Assembly: GCA_021846665.1 (NCBI GenBank)
Contig: JAJZWM010000003.1
Coordinates: 1 to 61,035 of the forward strand
DNA: 61,035 bases
Reading direction: 5' to 3'
Source: Nanobdellota archaeon
Lineage (GTDB): Archaea > Nanobdellota > Nanobdellia > Parvarchaeales > Parvarchaeaceae
In this document: positions 34,331 to 43,827 of the stretch, piece by piece
Position numbering within the stretch: position 1 is the first letter of the stretch
How the letters are laid out: each line of letters opens with the position of its first letter
Notes under the pieces: generated by a model
Told to the model about the DNA's origin: nothing
The model's database searches: none
The model's input: the letters and a program-made list of their open reading frames with translations, nothing else
Position numbers and translations under genes: made by a program

Positions 34331-36679
34331 ATGACCGAAGACAGCAAAATATTCGAAGAAAACAAGAATTGGGATAGAAAACTAGAGAAAAAAGTAGAGA
34401 AAGAGGTAAATTCACTTAAATGGACTTTTTCTCCATCTTCCGAAAAGGAGATATTCTCTATTGATACCCCCCCACCTTACACATCTGGAAGGCCATGGCA
34501 TTTAGGCGCAGCTGCCCAGTATTCAAAAATAGACGTAATTGCAAGATCGCAGAGAATGCTTGGTAAGGAAGTTCTATTTCCAGTTGGTATGGATAGAAAC
34601 GGAATACCAGTAGAAAGATACGCTGAAAAGAAATATGATATAAAAATGAGGGATACTCCAAGAGACAAATTCATAGATTTATGCAGAGACTCTCTTGATG
34701 AATTAGAAAAAGAAATGTTTGAAATTTTAAGATCCTTTGCATATTCAGCTGATTTTGATCATGTTTACAGAACTGATTCTGCAGAATACCGTACACTTAC
34801 ACAAAGCACTTTCATAGAGATGTGGAAAAAAGGAAAGATAATAAGGGGTACGCGCCCAAGCAATTACTGCATAGACTGTGGTACGACAATAGCAGATGCA
34901 GAGATAGAATACAAAGAGATGAATACCGATTTAGTATACTTTTATTTTAAGATAAAAGATTCTGATAAAAAAATATTAGTAGCGAGTACACGCCCTGAGC
35001 TTTTAGGCGCATGTTCTGCAATACTTGTAAATCCTGAAGATGATAGGTTCAAGGATTTTATTAATAAAACTGCTATTAGCCCAATATACAACAAAGAAGT
35101 TAAAATAATCGCACACAGCTATGCAAAGGCTGAATTTGGAAGTGGTGCGGTTATGATATGCAGCTATGGTGATTACAATGATGTAATGATAATAAAAGAA
35201 CTCAAGCTTCCTGAAAACATAATAATAGACACGAATGGAAGGATGAATGAGAATGCAGGAGAAAGGCTTAAAGGTCTTAAAGTAAAAGAAGCAAGGAAAG
35301 AAATAATCTCAATGCTCCAAGAAGCAGGTTATGTAGAAAAAATAGAAAACATACAACATAGAACACCAATGTGCGAAAGAAGTAAAACACCTATAGAGAT
35401 AATACCCCTTGATGAATACTACTTAAAGGTCGTGGATATAAAGGATAAATTGGAAGAGTTGGCAAATCAGCTTGACATGATCCCTGAACAGCACAAACAG
35501 ATACTTATAAACTGGCTTAAAGTATCTACTGACTGGCCTATCTCCAGAAGAAGATATTATGGAACCGAGATACCTTTATGGTACTGCACGAAATGTAATG
35601 AGCCTTATGTACCAGAAGAAGGCAAATATTATCAGCCATGGAAGGAGAAGCCACCAGAAAATGCAGTATGCACGAAATGTGGTGGAAGAGAATTCATTGG
35701 AGATGATAGAACATTTGACACTTGGATGGATTCAAGTGTTTCAGCTTTGTATGTTACAAAATACTTATCAGATAAAAATTTCTATGAAAAAACGTATCCG
35801 CTTAGTTTAAGGACACAGGGTATAGACATAATAAGGACATGGCTTAATTACAGCATACTGCGCTGCTATCTACTAACAGATAAACTACCATGGAAAAAGG
35901 CCTGGATAGATGGTATGGGTTTAGATGAGCATGGGGAGAAAATGTCAAAATCAAAAGGCAATGGAATAGACCCTACAATTGTAATAGAGAAATATGGCGC
36001 GGACGCATTCAGATTCTGGGCTGCTTCAGAAGCAATGCCTGGGAGTAATTTCCTTTTCTCTGAGAGTAGGATGCAAGGAAGCGCTAAATTCCTGACAAAA
36101 CTGTGGAATGTTGCAAGACTTATAAACCAATTCGGAAAACCAGAAGATGTAAATGAAGCAGAACTTAATGAAAGTGATAAGTGGATAATTGCTTATACGG
36201 AAAAATTAACTGAGGAATGTATAAAAGGCTATAAGGATCTGAACCCTTTCATTCCTGCAAATAAAATAAGAGAATTTGTATGGAATGTATTTGCCCCGCA
36301 TTACATAGAACTTGTAAAGGCAAGAGCATACGGTGATAATTTTTCTGAAACTGAGAAAAAATCTGCAATTTATACACTTAATTACGTGCTTAAAAGGATA
36401 CTCTTATTGATAGCACCCGTAACACCTTTCATAACACAAACACTTTGGAAAGTTCTTTATAGTGATGAGTCTATACACTATCAAATAATACCAGAAGCAA
36501 AGAATACTAATGATGTACTTTTACTTCTAGGAGATAAATTAATGGAATTCGATAGCAAAATCTGGAATTCAAAAAAAGATAAAAAACTTTCATTAAGAGA
36601 TGCAATAAATATTGAAATACCACAGGAACTTAAACCTTTTGGAAAGGACTTAAAAAGCATGCACAATATAGTCAATTAA
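34331..36679 (+). CDS. valS: Valyl-tRNA synthetase
   Basis: IDTPPPYTSG..HLGA (HIGH region), STRPELLGACSAILVNPEDDRF, GSGAVMICSYGDYND, DWPISRRRYYGTEIP and KMSKSKGN. Confidence 0.8.
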   Translation: MTEDSKIFEENKNWDRKLEKKVEKEVNSLKWTFSPSSEKEIFSIDTPPPYTSGRPWHLGAAAQYSKIDVIARSQRMLGKEVLFPVGMDRNGIPVERYAEKKYDIKMRDTPRDKFIDLCRDSLDELEKEMFEILRSFAYSADFDHVYRTDSAEYRTLTQSTFIEMWKKGKIIRGTRPSNYCIDCGTTIADAEIEYKEMNTDLVYFYFKIKDSDKKILVASTRPELLGACSAILVNPEDDRFKDFINKTAISPIYNKEVKIIAHSYAKAEFGSGAVMICSYGDYNDVMIIKELKLPENIIIDTNGRMNENAGERLKGLKVKEARKEIISMLQEAGYVEKIENIQHRTPMCERSKTPIEIIPLDEYYLKVVDIKDKLEELANQLDMIPEQHKQILINWLKVSTDWPISRRRYYGTEIPLWYCTKCNEPYVPEEGKYYQPWKEKPPENAVCTKCGGREFIGDDRTFDTWMDSSVSALYVTKYLSDKNFYEKTYPLSLRTQGIDIIRTWLNYSILRCYLLTDKLPWKKAWIDGMGLDEHGEKMSKSKGNGIDPTIVIEKYGADAFRFWAASEAMPGSNFLFSESRMQGSAKFLTKLWNVARLINQFGKPEDVNEAELNESDKWIIAYTEKLTEECIKGYKDLNPFIPANKIREFVWNVFAPHYIELVKARAYGDNFSETEKKSAIYTLNYVLKRILLLIAPVTPFITQTLWKVLYSDESIHYQIIPEAKNTNDVLLLLGDKLMEFDSKIWNSKKDKKLSLRDAINIEIPQELKPFGKDLKSMHNIVN

Positions 36680-36883
36680 ATGGAAATAAAACTCAATAAC
36701 ATAAATTTTGGAGAAAAAACTGTGAAGGTAGATAGTAACTCTATAACAGAGCTACTTGAAAAACTATCACTTAATGATGATTCAGTAATACTTGTGGGCA
36801 AAGATGGGAAAATATATACAAAAGATCAAAAGATAAGAGAAGGGGATGAAATAAACGTAATAGAGGTTTTTTCAGGAGGATAA
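36680..36883 (+). CDS. ThiS/MoaD-fold ubiquitin-like sulfur carrier (SAMP/TtuB-like) ending in Gly-Gly
   Basis: 67 aa with C-terminus ...VFSGG*. TAAATG junction with valS and TAATG overlap with the downstream PP-loop gene. Confidence 0.7.
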   Translation: MEIKLNNINFGEKTVKVDSNSITELLEKLSLNDDSVILVGKDGKIYTKDQKIREGDEINVIEVFSGG

Positions 36884-37794
36884 TGGAATGCGAGATATGT
36901 AGTTCTGATGCAGTTATATCGACGAATAATGGTACATTTTGCGCAGAACATTTCAAGCAAAGATTTGAGGAGATAACCTTATCTACAATTGAAAAATTCA
37001 AGCTCATTAAAAAAGGAGAAAGAATAGCAGTTGCCAATTCTGGCGGAAAAGATTCATTGTCACTATTATATATACTCTCAAAATACTTCAAAAAATCAAA
37101 TGAAATTATTTCAATAACAATAGATGAAGGGATAAGAGGATACAGAGACAAAACTATAGAGATAATGAAGGATTACTGCAATAAATACGAAGTAGAATAC
37201 AAAATTTACTCATATAAGGACTTTGCAGGCCGTACGATGGATTCAATAACAAAAACTAGGAGTGGAATACCATGCTCTGCATGCGGTGTATTACGAAGAT
37301 ATCTTATAAACTATGCAGCTTCAGAAGTTCATGCAGATAAAGTTGCAACGGCCCACAACATGGATGATGAAGCAGAGAATGTAATAATGAATCTAGTACA
37401 GAATGATGTGGATAAGATGGTAAGACTTGGCGCTTATTCCGGAGTAATTAAAGAAGAGGGGTTTGTTCCCCGGATAAAGCCATTCCTTTTCTTAAATGAG
37501 AAAGAAACAATGCTTTTTTCAATGCTAAATGGGATAAATGCGATACATACTCCATGCCCATATGCAGGAATGGGCTTTAGAGGCTTAATATCCAGAAAAA
37601 TAAAACAAATGGAAACAGAGTTTATGGGATCAAAAAGAAACGTAATAAATGCAATGCTTGAGATAAAAAAAGGGTATAGCATAAATACAGGTATAAAAAT
37701 GAATAAATGTAAGTACTGTGGTTTTCCCTCTGCAAACGATGTTTGCGAAGCATGTAAACTAAAAGAAGAGCTTGTAAAAAGTCCTGTAATTTAA
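36883..37794 (+). CDS. ncsA: tRNA 2-thiolation PP-loop ATPase (NcsA/Ncs6/TtuA family)
   Basis: N-terminal CEIC...C..H Zn finger, SGGKDS PP-loop, central CSACG, C-terminal CKYCG...CEAC Zn finger. Confidence 0.8.
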   Translation: MECEICSSDAVISTNNGTFCAEHFKQRFEEITLSTIEKFKLIKKGERIAVANSGGKDSLSLLYILSKYFKKSNEIISITIDEGIRGYRDKTIEIMKDYCNKYEVEYKIYSYKDFAGRTMDSITKTRSGIPCSACGVLRRYLINYAASEVHADKVATAHNMDDEAENVIMNLVQNDVDKMVRLGAYSGVIKEEGFVPRIKPFLFLNEKETMLFSMLNGINAIHTPCPYAGMGFRGLISRKIKQMETEFMGSKRNVINAMLEIKKGYSINTGIKMNKCKYCGFPSANDVCEACKLKEELVKSPVI

Positions 37795-37828
37795 AAGTTT
37801 AAATATAAAAAAGAGCAGTATCCTTTAT

Positions 37829-39118
37829 ATGGAAAGTGATAATGGCCAAAATGTAGGAAAAGATTATGAGTCATATCTTACAGGTATTGATAAATTTAAT
37901 AGTTCTATAAGTACATTAATTTCTGATTTATACAAAAAAATAGACACATTGAACCAGCAGGATGCAGCGCTAAATAACAGACTAAATCAGCTAAATGGTT
38001 CGACAGAGCTTGAAAGTAAAATTGAAAAGATAAATTCTGATGTAGCTATACTATCAAATTCTGTAAATAATGCAATATCCGCATTTAATTCCTCAATAGA
38101 AAAAATGAATGATGCTTACAATGATTCAGCAGTGAAAATAAACAAATTAAATGATTCCTTTAATTTTATTCATTCTAACATGGAGGAACTTTCTGACAAT
38201 GTTAATAAAGCTATAGAAAACTTTAATGGGGTGGCAAAAGCTATAAACCTAAAAGACAGAGATTATACTGATAATATTAAAAGAATAGAAGACAGCTTAT
38301 CTGCGCTTTCAAGTCAATATGAAATGACAATAACAAATATAAAAGAAACTGCCTCAAATTTATCAGCTGTTGACAATGAACTACAACAAAAGCTTGACAA
38401 GTTAAATGAAACTGTTTCTTCATCATTACCAAGCATTAATTCTTTTTCTGATGATATAAATGATCTTAAAAAATACAAGGTTGAATCAGAAAGTAAATTT
38501 GACAAAGTGATCAATACTGTGAATTCATTAACTGTAGAGATAAATGGTTTGAATCTAAAAATGGAAACGGTAAGCAGTGAATTTGAAAATATACAAAAAG
38601 GAATAAATGATACGCAAAATCATATTAATGATTTTATGAATAATGCAAGAGCAACTCTATCAACAGTTACATCCTATAACCCTGCAGAACTAGTCATAGA
38701 ACTTAGAAAAACTCAGGATAAAACAGAACTTATGTCCAATGAAATCGAAAAGATAGTAGATACAAACAACAATTTATCAAAATCACTTAATGAGCTTTCA
38801 AATAGAGTAAATTCTCTATCTGTTGTAAAGAACGCTGCAAAGTTATTTGAAAACGTAGAAAATGTTTCCAAAAATATAGAAGACAGTGAAAACAGAATAA
38901 ATTCACAGACTTCTAAAATAGAGGTAATGTTCAACCAAGTAAATTCAAATATGAACAAATTTATAGACTTAAACACAAAAATAAATGATTTAAACAAGAG
39001 ATTAACAGAAATGGAGAGCACAGTCAATAAAATAAATAGTAGTCTTTCACTCTTTGCAACAAAAGATGATGTAGTAGAAATGCAGAATAAGTTATACTCA
39101 CAAGATACAAAGAAATAG
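37829..39118 (+). CDS. Asn/Ser-rich long coiled-coil protein, unknown function
   Basis: 429 aa. Almost entirely amphipathic helical repeats. No TM segment or signal peptide. Confidence 0.6.
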   Translation: MESDNGQNVGKDYESYLTGIDKFNSSISTLISDLYKKIDTLNQQDAALNNRLNQLNGSTELESKIEKINSDVAILSNSVNNAISAFNSSIEKMNDAYNDSAVKINKLNDSFNFIHSNMEELSDNVNKAIENFNGVAKAINLKDRDYTDNIKRIEDSLSALSSQYEMTITNIKETASNLSAVDNELQQKLDKLNETVSSSLPSINSFSDDINDLKKYKVESESKFDKVINTVNSLTVEINGLNLKMETVSSEFENIQKGINDTQNHINDFMNNARATLSTVTSYNPAELVIELRKTQDKTELMSNEIEKIVDTNNNLSKSLNELSNRVNSLSVVKNAAKLFENVENVSKNIEDSENRINSQTSKIEVMFNQVNSNMNKFIDLNTKINDLNKRLTEMESTVNKINSSLSLFATKDDVVEMQNKLYSQDTKK

Positions 39119-39124
39119 AGATTC

Positions 39125-39592
39125 ATGGATAATAAAGAAAATAAAAAATTAAGAGAGAGGCTATTCAGAGACCGACCGCTAAGTGGTATATCATTAAATG
39201 AATTTGAAAGGCCTACAAATGATTATAATACAAATCTAAGAAGATTTTGCATTTCTCTAGGGCTTATAAGTCCGGGAGAAAGTAGAATAGCGATAGTTTA
39301 CTTGCTTGATATACTGCTTAAGGCAAGAAAAAAGAGACCTGAGGGATTAGACAGCTATGAGATAATAAAGGAGCTATATAAAAGGAAAGTAAAGATAGTA
39401 TATGCAAATATTCTTAGAGATTTGAGGAAACTGATAGCTGTTGGATTAGTTGAAAAAAGAAATAATTTTTACAGAATAAAGGAAAATATGAAACTTAATG
39501 AGATAATATCAAGTTTTATAAAACCTTACATAATAGATAGGATGCTTAGCAAAATAGAAGAATACGCCAAATCTATAGACAAAACAAATTAA
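39125..39592 (+). CDS. Putative winged-helix DNA-binding protein
   Basis: Central ...IAIVYLLDILLKARKK...SYEIIKEL...LRDLRKLIAVGLVEKRNNFYRI resembles a wHTH. Starts 6 nt downstream of the coiled-coil gene. Confidence 0.4.
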   Translation: MDNKENKKLRERLFRDRPLSGISLNEFERPTNDYNTNLRRFCISLGLISPGESRIAIVYLLDILLKARKKRPEGLDSYEIIKELYKRKVKIVYANILRDLRKLIAVGLVEKRNNFYRIKENMKLNEIISSFIKPYIIDRMLSKIEEYAKSIDKTN

Positions 39593-39865
39593 TTATTCTA
39601 TTTCAGACAAAAGCTTAAACAATTTTTTTCCTTTTTGTGTAAGATTTATTATTTTTTTGTGATTGCTTCCATCAAAGTACACAAGATCCATCTTGTTCAT
39701 TACTTTTATTAGTCTTACTATGTAAGCGTAGCTGCAGTCTATTTTCTTAGAAATCATAGTAGCATAAACCGGCTGTCTGCTTTCATTTATAGCTTTTAGC
39801 AAAAGAAAAGGCTTGTCATGCAGAAATAATTTAGTTATACTATTTTTCGAATCATCTGAACCCAT
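39593..39865 (-). CDS. Small winged-helix (ArsR/MarR-like) DNA-binding protein
   Basis: 90 aa. ...PVYATMISKKIDCSYAYIVRLIKVMNKMDLVYF... is a typical HTH plus wing. Its stop directly abuts the stop of the convergent gene. Confidence 0.5.
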   Translation of the reverse strand: MGSDDSKNSITKLFLHDKPFLLLKAINESRQPVYATMISKKIDCSYAYIVRLIKVMNKMDLVYFDGSNHKKIINLTQKGKKLFKLLSEIE

Positions 39866-39889
39866 AATTACAAAATGATTGACAAGTAT

Positions 39890-40468
39890 TTATAATTTTT
39901 TATAGGGTATAATATCTAATTTTCTTGCATTAACACTATCCTCTAAATTATCTACAAATTCAGTTGAACGCTCTATTTCATTTATCTCTTTAAGAATTTT
40001 CTTTATATTTTTATTTTTGTTATTCTCTTTATAAACCGGCTTGTTATAATTTACATTTAAAAATAGGTTATCAGGATTATCCATTTCTATTTTATATATA
40101 TTAGTTATATCATATATGACATCATCCAAAATATCCTGAAGATACTGTCCGAGGTAAGGTTTTACAAGATATTCCCTCAATCCATTTTGCAATCTATTAC
40201 CAAATGAAAGCTTATCACATTCAAAGGCATACTGCTTTAAGGTCTCTGCTATACCGCATAGAGAATTCTCAAGACTGTATTTTCTGCTGTTTAGCTTTGC
40301 TCTTTCCAGATCTTTGTAATTAAAATCTGGGCCGTCTACAATTGCACGTATATAAGCAAGACCCTCCTTTCTGCTTTCGATAATAAGCTTATGAAGTTCT
40401 GATGCTTCCCTTCTTATTTCTATTTTATCATTAAGATTTTCCATACCTAAATATTCAAGATTAAACAT
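39890..40468 (-). CDS. Hypothetical protein
   Basis: 192-aa ORF upstream of the wHTH gene on the same strand. No motif recognised. Confidence 0.45.
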   Translation of the reverse strand: MFNLEYLGMENLNDKIEIRREASELHKLIIESRKEGLAYIRAIVDGPDFNYKDLERAKLNSRKYSLENSLCGIAETLKQYAFECDKLSFGNRLQNGLREYLVKPYLGQYLQDILDDVIYDITNIYKIEMDNPDNLFLNVNYNKPVYKENNKNKNIKKILKEINEIERSTEFVDNLEDSVNARKLDIIPYKKL

Positions 40469-40550
40469 AATATAAAAGCATTAAATTTGTTATGGTAGTA
40501 AAATAGGGACAATGCAAATTACAAGTTATATATATACCCAAAGAAATATT

Positions 40551-40643
40551 AGGGCCCAAGGGGATTTGAACCCCTGTCAGATGGTTACTTCCAACTGAAG
40601 GCATTCGAAGCCATCAGTCCTATCCGGACTAGACTATGGGCCC
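40551..40643 (-). tRNA. tRNA-Arg (anticodon UCG) with a 19-nt intron at 37/38
   Basis: GGGCCCA/TGGGCCC acceptor. Anticodon stem GATGG/CCATC. CUUC (32-35) pairs with intron GAAG, flanked by 3-nt bulges (GA^A and UA^A). Confidence 0.85.
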
Positions 40644-40989
40644 ATGATATCTTAAGAATTGCACAATATTTATCTTTTGATGAAATAGAAGATTATATTG
40701 GAGCTTTTATAGTTACACATAAAAACTAAGTAGGGCCAGCAATAAAACAAGCAGAACTAATACAGACATATAGTTACACAGGCCAATTGTTAATACTGCT
40801 TGATAAAGATAATAACCAAACTAGCTAAAATAATCAAATAAACAATCATAAAGCAAACTGTATTTCTAATCTCAAAAAAAAGAAACAAGTCAACGTATAT
40901 TACAATAGATATGAATATTATTAGAATTATAAATAAACTGTATTTATAATTATATTGTTTTTATTACAGTATAATAGATTAGATATCTA

Positions 40990-41601
40990 TTATATCTCTA
41001 TTATTTTTCCCTTTGGCCCTGCATTTATTATATTTGTTTTACCAAGTTTGTCTTCTAATCCAAAAGTCTCATGTATATGCCCGCATATACAGGTATCTGG
41101 CTTTGTTTTTTCTATCATGCTTCTTACAGCAGTGCTACCTACCTTCATGTTATTACCTATATCATCAAGTTTCGTATTATAAGGTGGAACATGTACTACC
41201 ATTATCTTCTTCTTTGAGTTTTTTATATAATTATAGGATGCCTGTATCCTATTATAGAGCTCCTCTTCTGAAAGCTCATTTGGACCTATGTTTGCTAAAC
41301 CGCATCCAAAAAACCCAACATCTCCGATTTTAAATGAGTAATTATGTAAATCATATATTGTATCTGGATAACGTTTCTTAAGAAGGAAAATATCAGCTTC
41401 GCTGTCATGATTACCTGGAATCAACGCAACCTTCTTGTCCGCGTCCTTAAATGGCTTAAGCAAACCTTCAAGCCCGTTTCCAAATATCGAAAGGTCACCG
41501 GCCAGTATTATCAAATCTGCTTTTTCTCTCTTTGCCTTCTTTGCAAGAGCTTCTGCAGCCTGCAAATCCCCATGTATATCCGATGCAGCAAGTATTTTCA
41601 T
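40990..41601 (-). CDS. Small metallophosphoesterase (YfcE/MJ0936-like)
   Basis: ASDIHGD, LAGDL, PGNHD, VHVPP and CGHIHE motifs. Confidence 0.85.
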   Translation of the reverse strand: MKILAASDIHGDLQAAEALAKKAKREKADLIILAGDLSIFGNGLEGLLKPFKDADKKVALIPGNHDSEADIFLLKKRYPDTIYDLHNYSFKIGDVGFFGCGLANIGPNELSEEELYNRIQASYNYIKNSKKKIMVVHVPPYNTKLDDIGNNMKVGSTAVRSMIEKTKPDTCICGHIHETFGLEDKLGKTNIINAGPKGKIIEI

Positions 41602-41620
41602 ATTTTATTCATAACAGGTG

Positions 41621-43756
41621 TTAAACAAATACCTTTCTGTTAAGCAAAGTGTTTTCATTTTTATGCAGATATGCGTAAACCTTCTGTGCAATTCCCCTAC
41701 CTAGTAGTGAACTTAAGCGTTCTATTCCAACTTCCTTTAATGCCTTTAAAGAAGTTATACCTGCAGAATAAAGTTTCCTTGCCCTGACTCTTCCTATATC
41801 CGGAATAGATATTAATGGTATAAGCTCTTCTTTTATTCCGTTCTTGATTCTTATGCCCATCTCATTTATTTCTCTTCTTCTTAACTGCATTACTTTACCG
41901 ATCTCGCTTAATGAATAAACAAGCCATTTTGTATTCTCAAGTATATTGTAGAACTCCCCAGGTAGAAGACCGTACTCCTCTTCCATGTATTTTTCGGTCT
42001 TTTCGGAAATCCAGTCCTGCATAACATGTGCCATCTTTATTGCAGATATAAAACGATCGTAATCTACGATATTCTCATCTGCTGAAAGATCAAGCTCATA
42101 ACTTTCTTCTTCATATTTCTGAAATTCCTTTTGATTTACTCGGATATTCCTGAATTCTTCGCTGCAGAATATTACATGCAACAAATCAAGCTCTTCAATT
42201 CTTTCCTTTTTCTTTATTCTATCAATAAATTTTATAAACAATGAACCTGTTAACGGATCTATATAAAGTGAGTTTATAAGCTTGCCCATTCTAGTAACTT
42301 CTATCTTTCCATTATTTTCTTCTATGAAATCATTTTCTTCCAAAAATGAAACCGCATCATCTATCTTATCATACACATCTATTTCACCGAAGTGCATAAA
42401 TGTTTCATCAAAGAAGTTAGAGATACTGTCTTCTTTATCATATATCCCTAGACAGAAAAGATTTAAGGTATACTTCCTTATAGCTATTTCACTGTTGAAT
42501 TTGGAAGTTATTGGTTCTAGCTCTCCACTGAAATACTTTTCTTCTATTATATCTAGATCATTATCATTCCTAGCAACTACTATCGCATTTCCTTCCTTAT
42601 CATATTTTGGTCTTCCTGCTCTACCCATCATTTGCTCTACTTCTATCGCAGGGAGAAGTTCCATCCCGTAATCCCCATATCTCCTTATCGAGTTTATAAC
42701 AACTGTGTTTGCAGGCAAATTGACCCCCATTGCCAATGTCGGTGTAGATACTATAAATTTTATAAGCCCCTTTTTGAAGTTGTCTTCAATCAGCTTTCGC
42801 TGTTTGTTTACTAAACCAGCATGATGAAATGCAACTCCACTCTTTATAATGTCACTAAGCATTTCGCACTGTGTAGTAGGCCTTTCAAGAACGTTTAACA
42901 CTTCTTTTGAAATGGAAAGAAGGCTTTTTCTATCATCTTCTGAAAGCTTGTTTCCTATCAATGATGCAATAGTCTTAGCATTTGCAACAACTGTCCTTTT
43001 GTTCTGAGAAAACACCAAAGCCTGTTTATTATTCTTAAAAAGCCACGAAGTTATGTTCGAAAGTGGGTCTTCATAACCACTGTTTATTTTTTCGACGTTC
43101 CCATTTATAAGCTCACCTTCAAAGTACTTTTTCTTCGAAAGCTTAATCGGCCTGAAATCGCTTTTAATTAGTTCGGCCTTAAGCCATTCTGCCATTTCAT
43201 CTGCATTTCCTATAGTAGCGCTTAATCCGATTATCTGAGCGTTTGGGAATAAAAGCTTGTCTAACGTTATAAGAAATTCTAAAGTTGGACCTCTCCCAAT
43301 ATCAGATAATAAATGCACTTCATCGTATATTACACAGCCTATATTACCTATTTTATGCAGTGAATTCCTTATTATACTGTCAAACTTCTCTGTCGAAGCA
43401 AAGATTACGTCGTACTTATCTATATCATAATCTTTTTCATTGTAATCTCCTATTGATAACGTAGCTTTTATATCTTTGTTCTCCTTAACAAAATCTTCGT
43501 ATTTTTCTGAGATCAATGCTCTTAAAGGTGCAAGATAAATTGATTTTTTACCGGAAAAAAAGGAGTTTAGTATCGCCATCTCTCCTATTAAGGTTTTACC
43601 CGAAGCAGTTGGTGCTGATACTATTATATTCTTTCCAGTAAAAAGCCCTTTTTTTACCGCATCTGCTTGAGGCGGCATAAAATATTCTATTTTTTCTTTC
43701 AGTCTTTCATATATCTTCTCTGGAATATAACCCTTAAAATCACTTAATTTTTCCAC
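41621..43756 (-). CDS. hel308: Ski2-like DNA helicase Hel308/Hjm (GTG start in the track)
   Basis: APTASGKT, DEVH, SATIGN and MGRAGRP motifs, with a C-terminal helix-hairpin-helix domain (IPDIGRVRARKLYSAGI). Confidence 0.85.
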   Translation of the reverse strand: MEKLSDFKGYIPEKIYERLKEKIEYFMPPQADAVKKGLFTGKNIIVSAPTASGKTLIGEMAILNSFFSGKKSIYLAPLRALISEKYEDFVKENKDIKATLSIGDYNEKDYDIDKYDVIFASTEKFDSIIRNSLHKIGNIGCVIYDEVHLLSDIGRGPTLEFLITLDKLLFPNAQIIGLSATIGNADEMAEWLKAELIKSDFRPIKLSKKKYFEGELINGNVEKINSGYEDPLSNITSWLFKNNKQALVFSQNKRTVVANAKTIASLIGNKLSEDDRKSLLSISKEVLNVLERPTTQCEMLSDIIKSGVAFHHAGLVNKQRKLIEDNFKKGLIKFIVSTPTLAMGVNLPANTVVINSIRRYGDYGMELLPAIEVEQMMGRAGRPKYDKEGNAIVVARNDNDLDIIEEKYFSGELEPITSKFNSEIAIRKYTLNLFCLGIYDKEDSISNFFDETFMHFGEIDVYDKIDDAVSFLEENDFIEENNGKIEVTRMGKLINSLYIDPLTGSLFIKFIDRIKKKERIEELDLLHVIFCSEEFRNIRVNQKEFQKYEEESYELDLSADENIVDYDRFISAIKMAHVMQDWISEKTEKYMEEEYGLLPGEFYNILENTKWLVYSLSEIGKVMQLRRREINEMGIRIKNGIKEELIPLISIPDIGRVRARKLYSAGITSLKALKEVGIERLSSLLGRGIAQKVYAYLHKNENTLLNRKVFV

Positions 43757-43827
43757 TAATTTAATTGTATTTAAATAATAAAAAACATATCATCTTATAA
43801 TAGCACACAAAATTGTAGAAAAATAAT

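Noticed and set aside
40551-40643. tRNA-Arg as the attachment site of an integrated element
   Set aside because: I found no integrase gene and no second copy of the tRNA 3' half in the window. It is kept only as a low-interest note on the flanking orphans.
40713-40849. Two tandem mini-ORFs encoding hydrophobic 18-19 aa peptides on the minus strand (MIVYLIILASLVIIFIKQY, MSVLVLLVLLLALLSFYV)
   Set aside because: AT-rich non-coding DNA readily yields Ile/Leu/Phe/Tyr-rich frames. There is no ribosome-binding site. They could be debris of a decayed membrane gene, but the evidence is insufficient.
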